From NCBI GenBank assembly GCA_964414295.1, contig CAYPVU010000002.1:1-63861 (forward strand): a stretch of 63,861 bases of DNA. The letters run 5' to 3'. Source of the stretch: an uncultured Candidatus Saccharibacteria bacterium. GTDB lineage: Bacteria > Patescibacteriota > Dojkabacteria > J137. Shown here one piece after another: positions 37,280 through 46,449 of this stretch; the first letter of the stretch is position 1, and each line of letters begins with the position of its first letter. The notes under the pieces are model-generated. The model had not been told where the DNA came from. It searched no databases and was given only the letters and a program-made list of their open reading frames with translations. Made by a program: the position numbers and the translations under genes.

Positions 37280-38755
37280 ATGAATGTAAGAACAAGAATT
37301 GCACCTAGTCCAACAGGTGGACTACATATTGGACATGTAAGAACTATGCTGTATGATTATGCTTTGGCAAATCACCATAATGGTCAATTTATTGTAAGAA
37401 TTGAAGATACAGATCAAAAAAGATATGTAGAAGGTGCGGTAGAAAATATTTTAAAACTAATAAAAGCCTACGGATTAAATTATAACGAAGGACCTGATGT
37501 AGGTGGAGACTATGCACCTTATGTTCAGTCACAGAGATTAGACTTATATATGGAGTATGCAAAGCAATTAGTAGATGAAGGACACGCCTACTACTGTTTT
37601 ATGACTCCTTTAGAAACAGAAGAATTACAAAAACAATCAAGATTAGAAGGAAAAAAGCTAAGGTCTCCTTACAGGAACAAATCTAAAAATGAGGTTCAAG
37701 CTTTAATTAATTCAGGTAAAGAGTGGGTTATTAGATTAAAGGTACCTGAAGATACGGAAATAGAATTTGAAGATGCGGTACTAGGAAAGGTTAAGTTTAA
37801 TACTAACGAAGTAGATGATCAGATTTTAATAAAAACTGATGGTTTCCCAACTTATCACTTAGCTGTAGTAATAGATGACCATTTAATGAATATTACACAC
37901 ATTTTAAGAGGTAATGATTGGCTTTCTTCTACTCCAAAACATATTCTTTTATACAGAGCTTTAGGATGGGAAATTCCTGTAATTGCTCATTTGCCTAATT
38001 TAAAAGAAAAAGATAGTAGCAAAAAGTTATCTAAAAGACATGGAGCAGTATTTGCTATTCAGTTTTTACAAGAAGGATATTTACCCGAAGCTTTACTAAA
38101 CTTTTTAATGCTTTTAGGTTGGTCATCTCCTCTTGAAAGAAAGCATGGAGAAAAAGAAAAGGAAATGTACTCTTTAAAAGAATTTACTGATTTATTCTCA
38201 TTAGATAGAGTTCAAAAAACTGCTCTAGTATCTTTTGATAGAGAAAAACTTTTATGGTTTAACAAAGAGTATATAAAATCAAAAACACCATCTGAATTAA
38301 ATAATATATTCATAAATTGGTATAAAGAGTACTGTGAAGAAAAACTTTATTCAGAATTTATACTAAACGATTCTTTACTTGAAGATAAGATTGCATTAGT
38401 TAAAGATAGAGCTTCAACACTAAAGGAAATCTTAGTTCAATTAGGATTCTTTTATACTGCTCCCGAAAATATTGATTGGAATATAAAGCAAGTTGAAAAT
38501 ACTAGAGAAATAGTAAAGGAATTAAAGGAAAGATTTGTTAAGTTGTTTGAAGGCTTTGCTGATAATTCTACAGAATGGAAGCACGAAGATTGGGAAAAGC
38601 AAATGAGAGCAATTGGTGATGACTTTGGAAAAAAGCATGGAGATATATTTATGGTACTAAGAATTGCTATCGTTGGATCCCCCTTCTCTCCTCCTCTTTT
38701 TGAAGCAATGCAGATATTAGGAAAAGCTGAGGTATTAAAAAGATTAAGAGCCTGA
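37280..38755 (+). CDS. gltX: glutamate--tRNA ligase
   Basis: RIAPSPTG.LHIG (HIGH), KKLSKR (KMSKS-like), PTYHLAVVIDDH. Confidence 0.97.
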   Translation: MNVRTRIAPSPTGGLHIGHVRTMLYDYALANHHNGQFIVRIEDTDQKRYVEGAVENILKLIKAYGLNYNEGPDVGGDYAPYVQSQRLDLYMEYAKQLVDEGHAYYCFMTPLETEELQKQSRLEGKKLRSPYRNKSKNEVQALINSGKEWVIRLKVPEDTEIEFEDAVLGKVKFNTNEVDDQILIKTDGFPTYHLAVVIDDHLMNITHILRGNDWLSSTPKHILLYRALGWEIPVIAHLPNLKEKDSSKKLSKRHGAVFAIQFLQEGYLPEALLNFLMLLGWSSPLERKHGEKEKEMYSLKEFTDLFSLDRVQKTALVSFDREKLLWFNKEYIKSKTPSELNNIFINWYKEYCEEKLYSEFILNDSLLEDKIALVKDRASTLKEILVQLGFFYTAPENIDWNIKQVENTREIVKELKERFVKLFEGFADNSTEWKHEDWEKQMRAIGDDFGKKHGDIFMVLRIAIVGSPFSPPLFEAMQILGKAEVLKRLRA

Positions 38756-38777
38756 TTTAAAAAAATAGTGTAGAATA

Positions 38778-39845
38778 TTGGGTATGTCCCAAATTCGAAG
38801 AACTAAATCTAAAAGATATTTAGAAGGTGCTACCTTTTTTACGTCTGAACTAAAACGAAGCATTGTTAGCAGAATGTTTTGGGGAAGAAGCAGCCTTTAT
38901 AAAAATGTTATCCACTTTTTAGTAATTTTAATAACAATATCAGTTACTTTAAGTGGAATTATTTATAGAGTATCTGATGTTAGTGCCAGTGGATCTGCAT
39001 TAAGTGGAGAATATACTATCGGTTCAAATGATTTATTAACTCAGGGAGGTTCTATAGCGACTGTACTTAGAACAGATAATACTAATCTGAGTGCTCTCCA
39101 GAATACTAAATATACTGTACAAGCTGGTGATAGTTTAGCTTCTATCTCAGAAAAATTTAATGTAACAATGGATACTGTTAGATGGGCTAATCCTAACCTT
39201 ATTAGTCCATTTACAAATGATATTCAAGTAGGGTGGGAATTAGCTATTCCACAAATTAATGGAGTTTTATACACTGTGCGATCCGGCCAATCTTTAGATG
39301 AAATTATTTCCTTAACAAGTGTTAATAATAGTGAATCAAATAGATTTAATATAATTGAATTAAATCAGCTCTCCCCTCCCTACAATCTAACACCGGGCAC
39401 TAAGTTATTTATTCCGGATGGAAATCTTTATAGACAGGATATTAATGTTCAGGGTATTCCTGTTGGAATATTTATTGATCCTTTGTCCAGTCCTGACTGT
39501 AATGGATATCAATACCAAAGAGGCTATACTTATTATCATGATGGTATTGATCTTTCTAAATGGGATGGTTGCAATATACAAGCCGTAGCAAATGGAACAG
39601 TTTACTATGCAGGATGGGAAAACCTTTCAGGATTAACAGTAAAGATTGACCATGGTGGGGGGATTCATACTTACTACTACCATTTATCAGATATCTATGT
39701 ATCTCCTGGTAATAGAGTTCAACAGGGACAATCTATCGGATACATGGGAAATACAGGAAATAGTACAGGAACCCACCTTCACTTTGTTTTAAAGAAAGAT
39801 TACATTGCGGTAGACCCTGAGCCATACGTACCATATAATAAATAA
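38778..39845 (+). CDS. LysM plus M23 peptidase protein
   Basis: TM; LysM YTVQAGDSLASIS and YTVRSGQSL; M23 HDGID...HLH. Confidence 0.92.
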   Translation: MGMSQIRRTKSKRYLEGATFFTSELKRSIVSRMFWGRSSLYKNVIHFLVILITISVTLSGIIYRVSDVSASGSALSGEYTIGSNDLLTQGGSIATVLRTDNTNLSALQNTKYTVQAGDSLASISEKFNVTMDTVRWANPNLISPFTNDIQVGWELAIPQINGVLYTVRSGQSLDEIISLTSVNNSESNRFNIIELNQLSPPYNLTPGTKLFIPDGNLYRQDINVQGIPVGIFIDPLSSPDCNGYQYQRGYTYYHDGIDLSKWDGCNIQAVANGTVYYAGWENLSGLTVKIDHGGGIHTYYYHLSDIYVSPGNRVQQGQSIGYMGNTGNSTGTHLHFVLKKDYIAVDPEPYVPYNK

Positions 39846-39860
39846 AATTATTAAATTCAA

Positions 39861-41177
39861 ATGTATAAAATTCGGAACTACTTAAAATATATTTTATTAC
39901 TGTGTGTTTTTGTAATAACTTACTTTTTGTGGGCTTATACAAAAATAGTTATTGAAAAAGATTTTTATCCAGAAGACTTTTTAATTTACATAAGTCAGCT
40001 TTCTGCTTTAACTGCTGTAATTCTTTTTGCAGTTAATTTTATTATGGCAACAAGATTATATTTTGTAGAGGCGTTGTTTAATGGTTTAGACAAAATGTAT
40101 AAATACCATAAAGTAGTTGCCAGAATTGCCTTTACTTTGGCTTGGATACATCCAATTCTTTTAACAGTTAATTATTTTGCTGGAATTAATACCTTAAAGA
40201 TGTACTTTATCCCTGGCCAAAGGTTAGCTTCTAATGCTGGAATGTTAACACTTTATGTAATGACAATTTTAGTCTTATTTAGTGTAGCCAAATTTCTTCC
40301 ATATCATTTGTGGAAGCATACACATAGATTAATGATTTTAGTATTGTTGTTTCTTGGTGTTCATATGGCTGTAAATACTGGTACTATCGCTTCAAATCCA
40401 ATTTTTAAATTTTGGATGATGACTTGGGTTTTTATTGGAATAGTATGCTGGATATATATTGAATTTTTTTACAAAAAAATAGGTCCAGTATTTTATTACA
40501 AAGTTTCTAAAGTAAATTCCCTAGATTCTATAACTGAACTATATCTAGAACCTCAGAATAAACCTTTAGTACATAAGGCCGGCCAATTTACTTTTATGTC
40601 ATTTTTAACTAATAAACTAATTGGAAATGAGGCTCATCCATATACTATCTCTTCTAATCCTCACGACTATAATATTAGAATCTCAGCTAAATCATTAGGT
40701 GATTATTCTTCTAAGCTATACAATGCAAAACAAGGCGATCTAGTAAGATTAATTGGACCTTATGGATATTTTACTAAAGATAGATTAGAAAATTCTAAAA
40801 AACAAATTTGGATTGCAGGAGGAATTGGAGTAACACCATTTTTAAGTATGGTAGCAGAAGAAAAAGATGAGCCAAGTGGTAATAATATACACTTCTTTTA
40901 TACTACTAAAACAGATGATGAAGGAGTTTATAGAAAAGAAATCGAAAGTAATGCAGATACAGTTAAGAATTTAAGTATACACTTTAATGCAGATTCAAAG
41001 GATGGATATCTAACTGCAACTAAGATAGCTGAAATAGTTAAAGATGATATAAAAGAATACTCTATTTTATTGTGTGGTCCCAAATCTATGATGCATTCTT
41101 TAAAAAATCAATTTAAAGAATTAGGATTATCAAATGAGCAAATAATATTTGAAGACTTTGCTTTAAAACCAGCGTAG
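39861..41177 (+). CDS. ferric-reductase-like transmembrane plus FAD/NAD-binding oxidoreductase
   Basis: His-containing TMs; HPYTISS, IGPYG, IAGGIGVTPF, CGP, IFEDF. Confidence 0.88.
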   Translation: MYKIRNYLKYILLLCVFVITYFLWAYTKIVIEKDFYPEDFLIYISQLSALTAVILFAVNFIMATRLYFVEALFNGLDKMYKYHKVVARIAFTLAWIHPILLTVNYFAGINTLKMYFIPGQRLASNAGMLTLYVMTILVLFSVAKFLPYHLWKHTHRLMILVLLFLGVHMAVNTGTIASNPIFKFWMMTWVFIGIVCWIYIEFFYKKIGPVFYYKVSKVNSLDSITELYLEPQNKPLVHKAGQFTFMSFLTNKLIGNEAHPYTISSNPHDYNIRISAKSLGDYSSKLYNAKQGDLVRLIGPYGYFTKDRLENSKKQIWIAGGIGVTPFLSMVAEEKDEPSGNNIHFFYTTKTDDEGVYRKEIESNADTVKNLSIHFNADSKDGYLTATKIAEIVKDDIKEYSILLCGPKSMMHSLKNQFKELGLSNEQIIFEDFALKPA

Positions 41178-41242
41178 AATATAATAAAAATAATTTATCT
41201 ACTAATAATGAATTGTATATCGGCTAAGATGTTCAAAAATCA

Positions 41243-43816
41243 ATGGATCCAGTAACTTTTCTTCTAATAATAATATTCTTTGTTGCGTTTACATTTGCAG
41301 CTAATATTGTTTTGCAAAGATATTACAACCTTCTAGTAAAAGTTAATGAGACAGTAGCAGATAAAGTAATATTAAAAATAGCCGTACCAGTAAGAAATGA
41401 TAAAAAAGCCTTAGCTGCAGAACAAATGTTTCAATCTTTGCACGGAATATTAAAGGGAGATAAATTAAGCAAGGATCATTACTCTTTTGAAATATTTGCT
41501 GCTAATCATGGTATATATTTTGTTGTAGTTTGCTCTAATAGATATAGACCATTTCTAGAAAATCAGATATATGCACAATACCCCGAGGCCCAAATAAATG
41601 TAGTCCCCGATTATGCAGTACTGCATCCTCTAGATAAAACAGCAGTTAGTGAATTAGTATTAGAAAAAGATTTCTTTTTACCAATTAGAACATTTACTAG
41701 TTTTGAAGTCGATCCCCTAGCTTCCATTACAAGTGCTGTTTCTAACTTAACTCCAGGATTTGAAGTTTGGATACAAGTATTATCAAGACCAATAAATAAT
41801 GAATGGCAAACAAAGGGAAAAGAATTTGTAGAAAAGATGAAGAATCAAAAGGATGCTGCTGGTAATAAAAAGGAACCGGATTCATCTGTGGTAGAAACGT
41901 TTGGAGATATTTCTAGAAAGTCAGATAAGGTTGGGTTTCAATTTAAAATAAGAATTGTAGGAAAAGGACCAGATGAAAATATTGTAAAAAGATTAGTTGA
42001 AGATACTGAAGCTTCTTTTAAGCAGTTTCAAACTACTAAGCTAAATAGTATTGTAAAACCTAAACCTAAAAAGAAAAATGCCTTAGAAAAATATTTGGAT
42101 GATTTAAATAAAAAAATTACCTTTTTTATAAGTGGTAAAAGATTGGGCGATAAAATTAACGGGATACAAAAATATCAGCTTAGATATTTAGATGAAAGGG
42201 AGAAAAATATTATTAATATTGAAGAATTAGCATCTTTGTATCACTTGCCTAATGAGTCTGTAAAAACTCCAAATGTTGCATGGGCTAAATCTAGAAAACT
42301 TGAATTTCCTTTAAACCTACCCGTCTTAAAGCAAGATCCATTACAAAATCAAGGAATAAGAGCTTTAGCATTGACAGATTATAGAAATATTCATTTACCT
42401 TTTGGGATAAAAGCTGAAGACAGAAGAAGACATATGTATTTACTAGGTAAAACTGGTACAGGTAAATCTACATTCTTAAAAAATATGATTGTTGGAGATA
42501 TTTTAGATGGAAATGGTTTAGCAGTATTAGATCCTCACGGTGACTTAGTAGAAGAAATTTTAGATTTAATTCCAGAGCATAGAATAAAAGATGTTATTTA
42601 TTTAGATCCTTCTGATGTAGAGTATCCAATTGGATTAAACATGTTAGATTTAAATGAGGGCGAAACTTTAGATTTACTTGCTGATGGTATTGTAAACGTA
42701 TTTAAAAAGTTTTTTGGAGAGATGAGTTGGGGGCCAAGACTTCAGCATTTACTTTATAATACTGTAGCTACTCTGCTTCACTGTCAGAACGTATCTTTAC
42801 TTGCTGTCTTAAGAATCTTAAACGATAAAAATTATAGAACCTTTTTATTAAAACAAGTAAAGGATCCATTCTTAATTAAATTCTGGGAAGAGGAATATGC
42901 TCAATTAAGTATAAATCCTAGATTGTTAGCAGAAGCGGTAGCCCCAATTCAAAATAAGGTAGGTAGATTCTTAGGATCTACAATGGTTAGAAATATGATC
43001 GGCCAAATTAAATCAAATGTAAATTTAGCCGATGTAATGAATTCGGGTAAGATTTTATTAGTAAATCTGTCACAAGGAAAAATTGGAGAAGAAAGTTCTT
43101 CGCTTCTTGGAGCTATGATTGTAACAAGATTGTATTCAAATGCTATGCAAAGGGCCAGAATGGCTAAAGAAGATAGAAGAGACTTTTACTTATATGTAGA
43201 TGAATTTCAGAATTTTGCAACAGAGTCATTTATTAAGATATTATCGGAAGCTAGAAAGTATGGGTTAAATCTTATTGTAACTCATCAGTATATAGATCAA
43301 ATTGATCCTAAAATTCAAGATGCTATCTTTGGTAACATTGGTACTTTAATGAATTATGTTGTAAGTCAAAAAGATGGGGGCAGATTAGAAAAAGAATATA
43401 CCCCATACTTAGGTGTAGAAGATTTAGTAAATTTAGATAAGTACAGAATTGCAATGAAAATGACTGTGGATATGGCTCAAACCCCTCCATTTACTGCAAT
43501 TGCTATGAAGCCAAGCTACTATACTTATGGTTTAAAAGATCAAGTTAAAGAGTTTTGTAGGAAAACCTATGCAAAGCCTAGAGCTGAGGTAGAATTAAAA
43601 CTTAATAAATGGGCAAGCCAGTTATACGATAAGCAAGGTAATTTAGTACAAAGAAATCCAGATGGATCTTTACCTACTGGTGTTACTACACCAGCCCAAC
43701 AAATTGAAGCTGCCGCAGCTGCTCCAGCATATCCAAAAAAGAAGAAAAAGAAACCTAACAAACCAAATTCTGGTGGAAATAGTCAGCCTCAAAATTCTAA
43801 CCAACCTACAAAATAA
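41243..43816 (+). CDS. VirD4/TraD/TrwB-like P-loop ATPase (coupling-protein family)
   Basis: N-terminal TM; RRRHMYLLGKTGTGKST; LYVDEFQNF; SEARKYGL.L.VTHQY. Confidence 0.88.
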   Translation: MDPVTFLLIIIFFVAFTFAANIVLQRYYNLLVKVNETVADKVILKIAVPVRNDKKALAAEQMFQSLHGILKGDKLSKDHYSFEIFAANHGIYFVVVCSNRYRPFLENQIYAQYPEAQINVVPDYAVLHPLDKTAVSELVLEKDFFLPIRTFTSFEVDPLASITSAVSNLTPGFEVWIQVLSRPINNEWQTKGKEFVEKMKNQKDAAGNKKEPDSSVVETFGDISRKSDKVGFQFKIRIVGKGPDENIVKRLVEDTEASFKQFQTTKLNSIVKPKPKKKNALEKYLDDLNKKITFFISGKRLGDKINGIQKYQLRYLDEREKNIINIEELASLYHLPNESVKTPNVAWAKSRKLEFPLNLPVLKQDPLQNQGIRALALTDYRNIHLPFGIKAEDRRRHMYLLGKTGTGKSTFLKNMIVGDILDGNGLAVLDPHGDLVEEILDLIPEHRIKDVIYLDPSDVEYPIGLNMLDLNEGETLDLLADGIVNVFKKFFGEMSWGPRLQHLLYNTVATLLHCQNVSLLAVLRILNDKNYRTFLLKQVKDPFLIKFWEEEYAQLSINPRLLAEAVAPIQNKVGRFLGSTMVRNMIGQIKSNVNLADVMNSGKILLVNLSQGKIGEESSSLLGAMIVTRLYSNAMQRARMAKEDRRDFYLYVDEFQNFATESFIKILSEARKYGLNLIVTHQYIDQIDPKIQDAIFGNIGTLMNYVVSQKDGGRLEKEYTPYLGVEDLVNLDKYRIAMKMTVDMAQTPPFTAIAMKPSYYTYGLKDQVKEFCRKTYAKPRAEVELKLNKWASQLYDKQGNLVQRNPDGSLPTGVTTPAQQIEAAAAAPAYPKKKKKKPNKPNSGGNSQPQNSNQPTK

Positions 43817-43880
43817 TCTTAATTTGATTTTCCTTTCTTAAGAGTTATAATCCATATGCACATAAGTAAAGGAGCTTTTT

Positions 43881-44066
43881 ATGAGCGACAGCAAATTTGG
43901 TGAAGGAAATCAGGTGATCCTGACTACTCCACCTCCGCCACCTCATATACCTTCATCTGTACAAATGCTTCCTCCTTTTAAAGGTGAAGCAGGCGGTAGT
44001 AAAGATACTACTGATGACGGTCTAACTGACGAAGAGCGTGAAGCTCACGAAAGTTATGGCGGATAA
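43881..44066 (+). CDS. small orphan protein (Pro-rich and acidic)
   Basis: TTGATT-16-TATAAT, SD AAGGAG, terminator 44074-44103. Confidence 0.6.
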   Translation: MSDSKFGEGNQVILTTPPPPPHIPSSVQMLPPFKGEAGGSKDTTDDGLTDEEREAHESYGG

Positions 44067-44073
44067 CCTTTAC

Positions 44074-44103
44074 TTAAGCGGGACAGCTTGCCGTCCCGCT
44101 TAA
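44074..44103 (+). terminator. hairpin terminator
   Basis: TTAAGCGGGAC-AGCTTGCC-GTCCCGCTTAA. Confidence 0.7.
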
Positions 44104-44161
44104 ACTTTTAAACTTTCTACTAATTGCTATAATTAAATTACCTAAAACTGAGAGGTGTTGA

Positions 44162-44371
44162 ATGGGTCCTAATAGTGAAAGCTCGCAAGAACGTTCTACA
44201 AGGGAAGTAATGGAAGCACTATCGTCTATTTCTGCAGATTGTGTAGAAGGAGACGATGTTCCAACTCGCAGAATTCTTGCAAAACATCAAGGCAAGCACC
44301 AAACTCAAAGAAGGAAAGAAAGACCTGAAGAAAATATTGAAACATACGAAAATTATTCAGGTCTGTATTAG
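44162..44371 (+). CDS. small orphan protein
   Basis: TATAAT and SD GAGGTG upstream; hairpin with a TTCG loop after the stop. Confidence 0.55.
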   Translation: MGPNSESSQERSTREVMEALSSISADCVEGDDVPTRRILAKHQGKHQTQRRKERPEENIETYENYSGLY

Positions 44372-44415
44372 AATAGGGCGCCTTCGGCACCCACTACATT
44401 TGTCACCGTTTTCTG

Positions 44416-44444
44416 TTGACTTTGTTATATTGCTGTAATATAAT
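44416..44444 (+). promoter_or_regulatory. sigma70-type promoter
   Basis: TTGACT-17-TATAAT. Confidence 0.75.
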
Positions 44445-44495
44445 AAAAGCAATCCCGAATGACTCGGGTAAAAATGAATTAAGGAGTTTTTTGAA

Positions 44496-44708
44496 ATGGC
44501 AGCTAACGAAGTCACCCATGATGATGTTGTTCGTCGCTCCAAGTTTCGCACTACGCCGAAGACGGGTTTTACCCCCGCTCAGCGGAAAGCTGCATTGCAG
44601 CGCGGACAGGATGCCCTGCATCAGGACGATGCGAATGACATCGTGGATGATACTGCCGATGAAGAAGTCGTCGAGCCGGAAGGCGAAAACGGCGTTGACT
44701 GGCTCTAG
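44496..44708 (+). CDS. small GC-rich orphan protein (basic N-half, acidic C-half)
   Basis: SD AAGGAG; own promoter and terminator (44724-44752). Confidence 0.65.
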   Translation: MAANEVTHDDVVRRSKFRTTPKTGFTPAQRKAALQRGQDALHQDDANDIVDDTADEEVVEPEGENGVDWL

Positions 44709-44723
44709 CTAGTCTCAACTCCC

Positions 44724-44752
44724 AAGGGCGGAACCAAATGTTCCGCCCTTTT
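44724..44752 (+). terminator. intrinsic terminator
   Basis: AAGGGCGGAAC-CAAAT-GTTCCGCCCTTTT. Confidence 0.85.
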
Positions 44753-44842
44753 GCATTTTTATAAACTACACATACAAAAATCCTATAGTAATTTTATGTA
44801 TAATTCTATTGCACTAATTTTTTATTGTGATATCATCTTTGT

Positions 44843-45016
44843 ACCTCTCAGAACAACGAGGGGATTATCGGTCCTACAAGGAGACGAGCCGGCATGAAGA
44901 ACCTGAATAACAACAAGTAACAGGCGCACATGTCAGCCGGGTGACGATGTTCCCGGCGCCCGCTAACCCGTAAGGGTTCCATAATTACAGATGGTGTGGG
45001 TTATCCTACACCATCT
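44843..45016 (+). ncRNA. candidate ~170-nt structured RNA or mini-ORF transcript
   Basis: TTGCAC-16-(TG)TATCAT promoter at 44809-44836; hairpins GCCGGG/CCCGGC and AACCC-GTAA-GGGTT; terminal hairpin 44989-45016. Confidence 0.45.
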
Positions 45017-45113
45017 CAACACTTTCTTATACCAGTATCCTAATGTTATAATTCACTACTCGCATAAGAGTCCTATTGTTTTTGTCTATAGGGTCAACTA
45101 AAGGAGTTCGGTA

Positions 45114-45311
45114 GTGGCAAACTGTCCGCGGTGCCAAATGAAAGTTAAAAAGGGGAAGAAGATCAAGATCTATCGGTGTCCACATTGTGGAAAAATCGTT
45201 GGTCATAAAGGTGATGGCGATTGTACCGGTAATATCAAAGATTGCATCCCTGAGCGACACGGTCATCATTACAATCTCGAGTTAGCCTATGAGATTGAAG
45301 GTGAAGATTAA
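45114..45311 (+). CDS. small zinc-ribbon protein
   Basis: CPRC...CPHC plus additional Cys/His; SD AAGGAG before the GTG. Confidence 0.7.
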   Translation: MANCPRCQMKVKKGKKIKIYRCPHCGKIVGHKGDGDCTGNIKDCIPERHGHHYNLELAYEIEGED

Positions 45312-45330
45312 CGGCTGGACCGTTATACCA

Positions 45331-45356
45331 AAACGGGTCACGCAAGTGACCCGTTT
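45331..45356. terminator. hairpin terminator
   Basis: AAACGGGTCAC-GCAA-GTGACCCGTTT. Confidence 0.8.
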
Positions 45357-45378
45357 AAGCTTTTGATTATATTCACAC

Positions 45379-45449
45379 CTCGGGGTCAGGGACTCGAACC
45401 CCAATTAACAGTTCCAGAGACTGTCGTCCTACCATTAGACGAACCCCGA
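45379..45449 (-). tRNA. tRNA-Gln (anticodon CUG)
   Basis: Reverse complement TCGGGGTTCGTCTAATGGTAGGACGACAGTCTCTGGAACTGTTAATTGGGGTTCGAGTCCCTGACCCCGAG folds as a cloverleaf. Confidence 0.93.
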
Positions 45450-45503
45450 AGTATAAATACAATCTTTAAAGAAACAGTTGAAATTATAGCTCAAGCCATA
45501 CTC

Positions 45504-46346
45504 TTAAGCAATTCCGTAGGTAATTGCAATAACTATGAGTATTACTAAAAAGTACTCTAATAGAACTCCTTTAGTAAAAGTCTTCATTATTAAGTGATGA
45601 ATCACTGCTGAAGTTAAGTAGAAAACAAAAAATAAACCAAGACTTATTTGCAATGAGTTTACTACTCTATCTGCATGGTATAAAAGAAATATTATTCCAA
45701 TAAATGTACTCACAATTAACCCGTAAATAGCTGAATAAAGATGAAATTTATCAAATCTCCATAACATAAGTGCTAATAATGTAAATGTAGTAATCATTAC
45801 TCCCATTGCATAAATAGCTACATTAGTTGGAAAATTATTTGAAGCATTAGAAAATACATTTACAAGACTAAAGAAAATTAAAAATTTTATTAAATCATAG
45901 ACGTAATGGGTTTTATCCTCTACTCTAGTTTTTGCTTCAAAAAAAGCTCTTATATTTATAAATAAAATAAAGAAAGTTATAAACACTACTCCTAACAACA
46001 TTAATAAAGAAGAACTTTGAATATTGTAATAGCCAAATCCTACTAAAGAACAATATAAGCCTGCGGGTAATACTATTTTATGAAACAGATGCGAGAGTTC
46101 ATTAACTTCATCATTAAAATCCAAGTTTAATTCTACTTTTCTTTTCTTACTGATCCAATTTGAATAAACTTCTGCAAGGTATATAAAAAAAACTAAAGCA
46201 GAAAATAATATAAATCTATATGTATTCTTTAATTCATGAATTTCTTGTAATGCTATATAAATTCCAAAAGTTAGTGAGAGGGAATAAAATAAGGATTTAA
46301 AGTTTCTTTTAATAATTTTAATAATATTCATGTAGGTAATATACAA
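45504..46346 (-). CDS. hypothetical polytopic membrane protein
   Basis: About eight hydrophobic segments. Confidence 0.75.
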   Translation of the reverse strand: MYITYMNIIKIIKRNFKSLFYSLSLTFGIYIALQEIHELKNTYRFILFSALVFFIYLAEVYSNWISKKRKVELNLDFNDEVNELSHLFHKIVLPAGLYCSLVGFGYYNIQSSSLLMLLGVVFITFFILFINIRAFFEAKTRVEDKTHYVYDLIKFLIFFSLVNVFSNASNNFPTNVAIYAMGVMITTFTLLALMLWRFDKFHLYSAIYGLIVSTFIGIIFLLYHADRVVNSLQISLGLFFVFYLTSAVIHHLIMKTFTKGVLLEYFLVILIVIAITYGIA

Positions 46347-46449
46347 TATAAACTTTTAAATGTATTATGTATATACATTAAGTCATTTCAAAATAATATA
46401 TCTAATAATAAAAAACTAAATAAGTAAAGTCTAGTTTTTGTTTAGCTAA

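Noticed and set aside
33900-45360. Small orphan genes with hairpins as integron gene cassettes
   Set aside because: Several stops read TAAC and one hairpin contains GCCTAAC, but there are no matched RYYYAAC/GTTRRRY ends with attC-length arms and no integrase. The hairpins look like ordinary terminators.
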